A DNA stretch of 53,099 nucleotides from Methylotenera sp. GTDB lineage: Bacteria; Pseudomonadota; Gammaproteobacteria; Burkholderiales; Methylophilaceae. The position numbers and the translations under genes are program-made. This document shows, piece by piece, positions 45,965 through 53,099 of the stretch. The stretch is from the NCBI GenBank assembly GCA_049302535.1, contig JBAQME010000102.1, positions 1-53,099 on the forward strand, read 5' to 3'. Position 1 is the first letter of the stretch. Each line of letters begins with the position of its first letter. The notes beneath the pieces are model-generated. The model ran no database searches, was not told the DNA's origin, and was given only the letters and a program-made list of their open reading frames with translations.

Positions 45965-48727
45965 TCAGCGGCTCTGTTTCTTTAACAGGGCGATTGATAG
46001 CCCTAAAATGACCGGCACTGACAATAGCATCGGAATGAACACGGCGTGCAGGTCGGATAGATTCAATGCCTTGGTGAATACGCCACGGCTGATAATCAGC
46101 ATATACGTTGCCGGATAGATTTGCCCGATAAACCTGCCGGCGCCTTCCAGCGCAGATACCGGGTTTAGTAAACCGGCAAATTGGACCGCTGGAAGTATTG
46201 TACCGATCATGGCTACAAACATTGCTGCAATCTGGCTGCGGGTAAAAGTGGAAGCGAACAGGCCAAAGCCCGTGGAAAAGATGACATAAATGAGCGCTGC
46301 CAGCGTTAGCGTGCCGAAACTCCCTTTAACCGGGACATCAAAGATAATGACAGCAAACAATGTCATCAGCAGGAAGTTTTGCATCCCCATCACGATATAG
46401 GGAAATTGCTTGCCAAGCAGAAATTCTGTACGGGTGACTGGAGTTACATAGAGGTTGATGATGGAACCCAATTCCTTTTCGCGCACCACTGATAGCGCAG
46501 CCAGCATCGCCGGAATCATTAGTAGCAGAATGGGGATGACTGCCGGTACCATCGCTGGCAGGCTCTTAACGTCCGGATTGTAGCGGAAGCGTGTTTCTAT
46601 GGTAGCCGTACCGCTGATGTCCTGGCCCAGCCGGTGCTTGGCCTGGTCAATCAGCCATCCTTGATGCATGCCCTTAACGTAGCCCTGTACGGTTTCGGCA
46701 CGTTGTGGCATGGCTCCATCAATCCAGGCGCCGATTTGCACCGGAGTGCCGCGCTTTACATCGCGTGCGAAACCGGAGGGGATTTCGATTGCCAGGGACA
46801 GTTCGCCATTGCGCATGCGGTGGTCAAGATCAGCATAGTCCGTGATTGGCGGATGCTCTACAAAATAGCGTGAACCAGCGAGATTCAAGACGTAGTTCTG
46901 GCTCAGCGTGGTTTGGTCGCGGTCAAGCACCGCAAAGCTGAGGTCTTCCACATCCATGCTAAGGCCATAACCCATGATAAGCATCAAGATCAGGCTGCCG
47001 AGCAGGGCCAGCGTCCCCCGTACCGGATCACGCCTTAGTTCCAATGTCTCACGCAGGGTATAGCTGAACGCCCGTGCCAGACTGAATGAGGTACGCGGCA
47101 CATCAGGGGTGTGGATTTCTATGCTTTGGACGACGGGAACTGCTGTTTTTCCAACTACCGGTTTTGCCTGCTCGCCTTGCGCGCCGGCATCTTCCAGATA
47201 ACCGATAAATGCCTGTTCCAGCGTTTCCGAGCCGCGTTTTTTCACCAGATTGGCGGGTACGTCGCTGACCAGCACCTGCCCGGCATGCATTAGCGAGATG
47301 CGGTCACAGCGCTCAGCCTCGTTCATGAAATGGGTCGAAATGAAGATCGTAACCTTATCGTTACGTGCCAAATCAATCATCAATTGCCAGAAGTTATCCC
47401 GCGCAATCGGGTCAACACCGGATGTCGGTTCATCAAGAATCAGCAGTTCCGGCTCATGCACCATTGCCACAGCCAGAGATAGCCGCTGGCGCATGCCAAG
47501 GGGCAGGTTGTCCGGCAATGCGTCTTGCACACCCTCGAGACCAAATCGGGACAGCATTTTTTGGATCCGTGATGGAATCTCAATTCCAGGAACATTAAAC
47601 AGCCGTGCATGCAGCACCAGGTTCTGGTGCACGGTAAGTTCGGAATACAATGAAAATGACTGCGACATATATCCAACGCGACGACGGGTGGCCATATCAT
47701 GCGGATCGACATCATGACCAAAAAGCCATGCCTGGCCTTCACTTGCCGGCAACAACCCGGTCAGCATTTTCATGGTGGTGGATTTTCCGCATCCGTTGGA
47801 ACCGATGAAACCAAAGATTTCGCCGCGGCGAATGCGGAAACTGACGTGGTCAACTGCGGTGAAGTCACCAAAGCGCATGGTCAGGTCACGCGCTTCAATA
47901 GCGATGTCTTCTTGCTCACTGTCGACTAGTGGCGGAATCACGATGGCACGGTGACCGCGACGCAGTTCTTCCGGCAATAGCGCGATAAAGGCGGCTTCCA
48001 GTGATGTGGTCCCCGTGCGCCTGTGCAGCTCATTTGGCGTGCCTGTGGCCAGTATTCTGCCCGTATCCATTGCCACCAGCCAGTCGAAGCGCTCAGCTTC
48101 ATCCATATAGGCGGTGGCAACAACCACACTCATGCCAGGGCGATCTTCGCGTATACGGGCGATCAGATTCCAGAATTGGCTGCGAGCCAGTGGATCTACA
48201 CCGGTGGTCGGTTCATCCAGAATCAACAGATCCGGATCATGGATCAGCGCACAGCACAGCCCCAGTTTTTGTTTCATGCCGCCAGAAAGCTTACCTGCCG
48301 GGCGGCTTAGAAAAGGATATAAACCTGTGGCAGTAGTCAGTTCATCAATGCGCCGTCGCCGTTCGTCTGAGTCATGACCAAACAGGCGAGCAAAAAACTG
48401 CAGGTTCTCTTCAATTGACAGGGTAGGGTAAAGGTTTTTACCAAGGCCCTGCGGCATGTACGCAATACGCGGGCAAACTTCGTTACGGTGGCGAGCGCTG
48501 GCCATATCGCCGCCGAGGGCTTCAACTTTACCTTTCTGTATTGCACGCGCACCTGCCAATAATGACATCAGGCTGGATTTACCAACGCCATCCGGGCCGA
48601 TCAGGCCAACCATTTGCCCTGCGGGGATGTTTAAATCAATGGTATCCAGCGCCAGTTTTTTGCCGTAGCTCAGGCTGACACCGGCTAATCGGGCGACAAA
48701 TGTCTGGCTGGCGTCGGCAGAAGTCAT
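45965..48727 (-). CDS. rbbA: Ribosome-associated ATPase/ABC transporter RbbA (2 ABC domains + ABC-2 permease)
   Basis: [53 protein letters not shown]-terminal permease with [10 protein letters not shown]. Confidence 0.92.
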   Translation of the reverse strand: MTSADASQTFVARLAGVSLSYGKKLALDTIDLNIPAGQMVGLIGPDGVGKSSLMSLLAGARAIQKGKVEALGGDMASARHRNEVCPRIAYMPQGLGKNLYPTLSIEENLQFFARLFGHDSDERRRRIDELTTATGLYPFLSRPAGKLSGGMKQKLGLCCALIHDPDLLILDEPTTGVDPLARSQFWNLIARIREDRPGMSVVVATAYMDEAERFDWLVAMDTGRILATGTPNELHRRTGTTSLEAAFIALLPEELRRGHRAIVIPPLVDSEQEDIAIEARDLTMRFGDFTAVDHVSFRIRRGEIFGFIGSNGCGKSTTMKMLTGLLPASEGQAWLFGHDVDPHDMATRRRVGYMSQSFSLYSELTVHQNLVLHARLFNVPGIEIPSRIQKMLSRFGLEGVQDALPDNLPLGMRQRLSLAVAMVHEPELLILDEPTSGVDPIARDNFWQLMIDLARNDKVTIFISTHFMNEAERCDRISLMHAGQVLVSDVPANLVKKRGSETLEQAFIGYLEDAGAQGEQAKPVVGKTAVPVVQSIEIHTPDVPRTSFSLARAFSYTLRETLELRRDPVRGTLALLGSLILMLIMGYGLSMDVEDLSFAVLDRDQTTLSQNYVLNLAGSRYFVEHPPITDYADLDHRMRNGELSLAIEIPSGFARDVKRGTPVQIGAWIDGAMPQRAETVQGYVKGMHQGWLIDQAKHRLGQDISGTATIETRFRYNPDVKSLPAMVPAVIPILLLMIPAMLAALSVVREKELGSIINLYVTPVTRTEFLLGKQFPYIVMGMQNFLLMTLFAVIIFDVPVKGSFGTLTLAALIYVIFSTGFGLFASTFTRSQIAAMFVAMIGTILPAVQFAGLLNPVSALEGAGRFIGQIYPATYMLIISRGVFTKALNLSDLHAVFIPMLLSVPVILGLSIALLKKQSR

Positions 48728-49800
48728 TCAGGAGTCCGTATTTTCAGGTTTTCCGGCCACTCAGCCTTTGCATCCAATTTAAGCCATGCCACGCCAGGCA
48801 CCCCGGTTTTGACCTGCTTCAAGTGCTTTAGCAATAATTCCCGGTCAATCTGCGCCTTAACCCGGAACATCAGTTTTTCACGTTCGCTTGCAGTTTCCAC
48901 GGTCTTTGGCGTGAACTGGGCAACATCAGCAACAAAAGATACACGGGCTGGAATGACGTATTCAGGTGCGGCATCCAATACCAGCCGAACCTCTGACCCC
49001 AGCGCTACACGGCCAACCGCGGTCGAAGGCAGAAAAAAGGTCATATAGACATCGCTGAGGTCAATCATATTGAGTACCCGGCCGCCAATGCCAATCACTT
49101 CCCCCGGCTGCGCCACGCGGAACTGGATTCGTCCGTCGCGCGGTGCTTTTAGCTCATTGTCGGCGACATCTACCTTGATGCGCTCGACAGTGGCATTGGC
49201 AGCCCTGACAGCCGACTGGGCACCTTGTATTTGTGAGCGTGCGGTGGCAATGGCTGCGGCTGCGGCCGTTACCTGCGCCTTGGCTGCCACAATTGCAGCT
49301 TCGATACTGCGAACACGGATACGGTCATCGTCATCTTCCTGATGCGAGGCGGCGCCTTCTTTCACCAGCATTGATGACCTCGAAGAACGGCTACGCGCAG
49401 CCACGAGTTCCGCCTCACGTTGTGCGACTACAGCATACATCGCAGCCTTTTCGCTCTCCCGTTGCGCGAGCTGATTGCGCGCGGTAGAAACGGCATTTTC
49501 AGCCTGTTGCACTTGCGCCTCGGCTTGGCGCAGCTGCGCGTTGAGTGAATCGGAATCGATACGCGCCAATATCTGGCCGGCTTTCACAAAATCTCCATCT
49601 CTGACCAGAATCTCTTTGATGCGACCGGCGGAACGTGTAGACACATCGATTTCCGTCGCTTCGATGCGTCCGTTGCCGCTCACGATAGAACCGTTGTTTT
49701 TATTTTTTTCCAGATAGATGCGTACCAACCATCCAGAGGCCGCTACGACCACAAGTGCCACTACGATTCTTACAAGCCACGTCTTAATAAAACCATTCAT
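48724..49800 (-). CDS. yhiI: HlyD-family membrane fusion protein, YhiI-like
   Basis: [12 protein letters not shown], lipoyl halves, coiled coil, [21 protein letters not shown] and TG.PG.A. Confidence 0.88.
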   Translation of the reverse strand: MNGFIKTWLVRIVVALVVVAASGWLVRIYLEKNKNNGSIVSGNGRIEATEIDVSTRSAGRIKEILVRDGDFVKAGQILARIDSDSLNAQLRQAEAQVQQAENAVSTARNQLAQRESEKAAMYAVVAQREAELVAARSRSSRSSMLVKEGAASHQEDDDDRIRVRSIEAAIVAAKAQVTAAAAAIATARSQIQGAQSAVRAANATVERIKVDVADNELKAPRDGRIQFRVAQPGEVIGIGGRVLNMIDLSDVYMTFFLPSTAVGRVALGSEVRLVLDAAPEYVIPARVSFVADVAQFTPKTVETASEREKLMFRVKAQIDRELLLKHLKQVKTGVPGVAWLKLDAKAEWPENLKIRTPE

Positions 49801-51230
49801 TGTTTCAATCCTTTCTTTTCTTCTTCGCCCGGCAAGCCGCCACCGCCCCCAAGTGCCGCGTAGAGCTTAATGCTGCTGGCAAGGTAGGCGCTACGCGTCT
49901 GCACTAACGCCTGTTCAACGGCAAACAGTTCGCGTTCGGCATCGAGTACTTCCAGATAAGTGCTTGCGCCATACTGGTAGCGCAGACCGGCGATGCGGCT
50001 TCTTTCACGTTGCGAATTGAGGGAGGCGCGCTGCGCCTGAATCTGCTCGGCCAGCCAATGCTGGTCTGCCAGGGCATCAGCCACTTCACGAAAGGCAATC
50101 TGCACGCTGCGCTCGTAATCAGTGATGGCGAGGTTACGCCGCGCTAGTGCCAAATCAAGGTTGGCCTGGTTACGGCCGCCGTCAAAGAGCGGCAGTGTCA
50201 CACTGGGTAAAAAGCTCCAGGCGCCGTTGCCGCCGCTGAACAGCGCATTAAGCTCGCGACTGGCAAGCCCCAGGGACCCCGTGAGCGCTATTCGCGGGAA
50301 AAATGCTGCACGGGCTGCGCCGATATTGGCATTGGCCGCTTTTAGACGCCGTTCGGCGGCGCGCAGGTCAGGGCGCTGCACCAGCAGTTCTGAAGGTAGC
50401 CCGGCGTTGAGACTGCGTACGAACCCTGTTTCGATACTGCTGAGTGTATGATGTTCGTCTTCTACAGTTCCGCCGACCAGCACTTCCAGTGCATTGTGGT
50501 TTTGTTCGCGCAAACGTTCCAGCACGGTTAGTTCATCATGCGCCTGGCTCAAAAGGATTTCGGCCTGAATGGCATCTACGCGAGCAACTGAACCGACTTC
50601 GTAGCGCCGCTGTGCGATGCGCGCAGATTCCTGTCGAGTCTTGATGGTCCTTTCGGCAAGGTCTATACGCTCGTCCAGTTCATGTGCAATCAGGTAACTA
50701 CTCGCAACGCGGGCAATTAAAGAAGCCTGCACTGCTCTGCGTGCCTCGTCAGTCGCTAGGTAGGACTCCAAAGCGGCGGTTTCGAGGCTGCGCAGGCGCC
50801 CCCAGAAATCGAGTTCCCAGGCGGTTGTAGTCAAAGCCACCTGATACTGGCTTGATATAACGTCTTTCTGGGTTATCGATAGATCTGCCGGAACGCGGCT
50901 ACGGCTGACTGAAGCCCCGCCATTGATGGTGGGAAACCGGTCAGTATGCTGAATACCATAAATTGCTTGTGCTTCCTCTACGCGACGCACGGACAGCATC
51001 AGGTCAGTGTTGTTGCTTAGTGCGGTTGAGATCAGATGTTTGAGTTGTTTATCGCCGAAGAATACCTGCCAACCAGTGCTGGCTACCGAAACGTCGGACG
51101 GGCTAGCCGGAATCGTTCGGGGAAAGGTTGCGGCAATAGATGGTTGTGGTTTCTCATACGCTGGTATCAGCGTACATCCTGTAAAAAACAACGCAACATA
51201 CGGCAAAATGAAGAGTCTTTTTGTATCCAT
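49797..51230 (-). CDS. Outer-membrane efflux lipoprotein (NodT/OprM/TolC family)
   Basis: Lipobox LFFTGC, WELDFWGR, RPDL.AAE..L.AANA.IG.ARAAFFP.I.LT and LY.ALGGG. Confidence 0.92.
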   Translation of the reverse strand: MDTKRLFILPYVALFFTGCTLIPAYEKPQPSIAATFPRTIPASPSDVSVASTGWQVFFGDKQLKHLISTALSNNTDLMLSVRRVEEAQAIYGIQHTDRFPTINGGASVSRSRVPADLSITQKDVISSQYQVALTTTAWELDFWGRLRSLETAALESYLATDEARRAVQASLIARVASSYLIAHELDERIDLAERTIKTRQESARIAQRRYEVGSVARVDAIQAEILLSQAHDELTVLERLREQNHNALEVLVGGTVEDEHHTLSSIETGFVRSLNAGLPSELLVQRPDLRAAERRLKAANANIGAARAAFFPRIALTGSLGLASRELNALFSGGNGAWSFLPSVTLPLFDGGRNQANLDLALARRNLAITDYERSVQIAFREVADALADQHWLAEQIQAQRASLNSQRERSRIAGLRYQYGASTYLEVLDAERELFAVEQALVQTRSAYLASSIKLYAALGGGGGLPGEEEKKGLKQ

Positions 51231-51375
51231 TATTTTTTTCTTGTTAATTTACGGCTTATTACCAATTTGGCAAACCGGAGATTAAGTTTAGTTTAGGATC
51301 AATACGATTCTAACTCAAATCAAAATTCAATTTGGAGTTATGTATTACTAACACAGACATCGTCACCTCCATCAA

Positions 51376-51391
51376 TGTAGCCTATCCTACA
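51376..51391. promoter_or_regulatory. Candidate bEBP upstream activator site, TGT-N10-ACA (NifA-type)
   Basis: TGTAGCCTATCCTACA, about 120 bp upstream of the predicted sigma54 start site. Confidence 0.5.
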
Positions 51392-51475
51392 ATCGCGACA
51401 AAATGACTGTCGCAATAAATTCATGTGAAAAAATAGTTTCATTTAAAATCATAGATTTAAAGTCTATTTTATATA

Positions 51476-51491
51476 TGGCATGAGGATTGCT
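51476..51491 (+). promoter_or_regulatory. Sigma54 -24/-12 promoter upstream of iscS
   Basis: TGGCATGAGGATTGCT matches TGGCAY-N5-TTGCW; near-consensus IHF site AATCATAGATTTA at 51447-51459. Confidence 0.72.
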
Positions 51492-51530
51492 AGTTAAGTT
51501 TTAACTAGTACTCTTGATGGGATGTGTCGT

Positions 51531-52778
51531 ATGAATAACTTGCCAATTTATCTGGATTACTCTGCTACTACCCCTGTGGACCCACGCGTAGCCGAGAAAA
51601 TGATTCCCTATCTGACCGAGCATTTTGGCAACCCGGCTTCGCGTAGCCATGCTTATGGCTGGGACGCGGAAAAGGCAGTGGATACTGCACGTGAACAGGT
51701 TGCGGCATTGGTTAATTGTGATCCCAAGGAAATTATTTGGACATCAGGTGCAACTGAATCCAACAATCTCGCTATCAAGGGTGCGGCACATTTCTATGCT
51801 GCCAATGGCAAGCATATGATTACTATCAAGACCGAGCATAAGGCGGTGCTGGATACTGTGCGCGAACTGGAACGGGAAGGTTTTAGTGCTACATATCTTT
51901 CGCCAATGGAAAATGGCTTGATTGATATTGAAGCATTCAAGGCAGCCATACAACCCGACACCATTCTGGTGTCAGTGATGCTGGTGAATAATGAAATCGG
52001 TGTTGTTCAGGACATCGCGACTATCGGTAATATCTGCCGTGAAAAAGGCATTATCTTTCATGTTGATTCGGCGCAGGCCACTGGCAAGGTGGACATTGAC
52101 CTGAAAAAACTCCCCGTGGACCTGATGAGCTTTTCTGCTCACAAGACTTATGGCCCCAAAGGTATCGGTGCCTTGTACGTAAGCCGAAAACCGCGTGTAC
52201 GTCTGGAAGCGCAGATGCACGGCGGCGGTCATGAGCGCGGTTTCCGCTCCGGTACTTTGGCGGTGCATCAGATTGTAGGCATGGGTGAGGCATTTAATAT
52301 TGCCAAAGCAGAAATGGCTATTGAGAACAAACGTATCAGGGCTTTGCGCGACAGGCTTTGGGCTGGGCTTTCTGATATTGAAGAAGTTTATCTCAATGGT
52401 GATTTGGAACAGCGTGTGCCACATAACCTTAACGTGAGCTTTAACTATGTGGAAGGCGAGTCCCTGATGATGGCAGTGAAGGGCATCGCGGTTTCCAGTG
52501 GTTCGGCCTGTACTTCGTCCAGCCTGGAGCCATCTTATGTGCTGCGTGCGATAGGGCGCGAAGACGAGCTGGCACATTCATCTATTCGCTTTTCAATCGG
52601 CCGTTATACGACTGAAGCAGACGTTGACTACGCAATCGCACTCATCAAGAGCAAAGTAGGGCAGTTACGGAACCTTTCACCATTGTGGGACATGTTCAAG
52701 GCAGGCATTGATATTGCCTCAGTGAACTGGGTACACGGCACGGAATCACATCGCGACCCGGAGGCAGTGGCCGCATGA
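51531..52778 (+). CDS. iscS: Cysteine desulfurase IscS
   Basis: [42 protein letters not shown] and catalytic [19 protein letters not shown] 51531 chosen on SD spacing. Confidence 0.95.
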   Translation: MNNLPIYLDYSATTPVDPRVAEKMIPYLTEHFGNPASRSHAYGWDAEKAVDTAREQVAALVNCDPKEIIWTSGATESNNLAIKGAAHFYAANGKHMITIKTEHKAVLDTVRELEREGFSATYLSPMENGLIDIEAFKAAIQPDTILVSVMLVNNEIGVVQDIATIGNICREKGIIFHVDSAQATGKVDIDLKKLPVDLMSFSAHKTYGPKGIGALYVSRKPRVRLEAQMHGGGHERGFRSGTLAVHQIVGMGEAFNIAKAEMAIENKRIRALRDRLWAGLSDIEEVYLNGDLEQRVPHNLNVSFNYVEGESLMMAVKGIAVSSGSACTSSSLEPSYVLRAIGREDELAHSSIRFSIGRYTTEADVDYAIALIKSKVGQLRNLSPLWDMFKAGIDIASVNWVHGTESHRDPEAVAA

Positions 52779-52888
52779 ATCTGGCAAAAATCATTTCCAT
52801 TTCAAATGGGAACGAGAATAAGGCGCGAAGCTGCAGACAGTGCTATAGCACGGCAAGGATGAGTAACGCAGTTATCGTTGCTATTTAA
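52775..52888 (+). CDS. Possible 37-aa small ORF with CxxC (largely derived from the repeat element)
   Basis: GGAGG at 52760-52764 and ATGA overlap with the iscS stop; [37 protein letters not shown]. Confidence 0.3.
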   Translation: MNLAKIISISNGNENKARSCRQCYSTARMSNAVIVAI

Positions 52889-52897
52889 AAAGGAAAT
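52793..52897. mobile_element. 105-bp palindromic MITE-like element with a Correia/NEMIS-like core
   Basis: Terminal IRs ATTTCCATTTCAAAT / ATTTAAAAAGGAAAT (13/15); central palindrome GTGCTATAGCAC; core AAGGCGCGAAGCTGCAGACAGTGC..TAGCACGGCAAGG..AACGC resembles the Neisseria Correia core as recalled from memory. Confidence 0.6.
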
Positions 52898-52909
52898 CAG
52901 GAGAACATC

Positions 52910-53099
52910 ATGGCATATAGCGACAAAGTACTAGATCACTACGAAAATCCGCGCAACGTCGGCGCATTCAACCAGGAAGACCAGGACGTAGGAACGGGTA
53001 TGGTTGGCGCTCCAGCGTGCGGTGACGTGATGAAACTGCAGATCAAGGTGAATGATGCCGGCTTGATTGAAGATGCCAAGTTCAAGACCTATGGCTGCG
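52910..53099 (+). CDS. iscU: Fe-S cluster scaffold IscU (3'-truncated by window edge; not in ORF track)
   Basis: SD CAGGAG; MAYSDKVLDHYENPRNVG...GTGMVGAPACGDVMKLQIKV...AKFKTYGC. Confidence 0.95.
   Translation, partial: MAYSDKVLDHYENPRNVGAFNQEDQDVGTGMVGAPACGDVMKLQIKVNDAGLIEDAKFKTYGC

Noticed and set aside
51290..51340. FNR sites or operator upstream of the efflux operon
   Set aside because: Only ATCAA half-sites and an imperfect inverted repeat (TAACTCAAAT / ATTTGGAGTTA); too weak to call.
51972..52577. 201-aa minus-strand ORF
   Set aside because: Antisense to highly conserved iscS.

Overview
Betaproteobacterial chromosome segment; the gene set and protein styles suggest Methylophilaceae (Methylotenera-like), which is an inference. 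1-28.2 kb (+): a large surface-polysaccharide locus with pseudaminic-type nonulosonic acid genes (pseC partial, pseG, pseI), a second atypical NeuB synthase, an SpsF-type cytidylyltransferase, many tailoring enzymes, an AT-rich glycosyltransferase block, a 986-aa Wzy-like/MurJ fusion and a bacillosamine-type (PglC/D/E/F-like) initiation module. 28.3-33.4 kb: hpt (start lying at a 6x7-bp tandem repeat), a sigma54-preceded EpsA-type LuxR regulator, tRNA-Leu(CAG), rnr and rlmB. 33.5-40.0 kb (-): the most striking element, an apparent operon encoding an FAD/NAD(P)H oxidoreductase-2x cNMP-binding-4x[4Fe-4S] fusion, a membrane protein with two H-x13-H pairs (di-haem b-like) and an FHA-TM-decahaem cytochrome c, followed by mqo. 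Together these look like a signal-gated transmembrane electron conduit. 40.2-53.1 kb: a fungal-type cytosine deaminase, a CHASE/PAS/GAF/GGDEF/EAL protein, a GC-richer NodT-YhiI-RbbA-YhhJ efflux operon, and an iscR-less iscS-iscU (partial) operon with a sigma54 promoter, a TGT-N10-ACA site and a Correia-like 105-bp element between the genes. All calls come from reading motifs by eye; no database searches were run.
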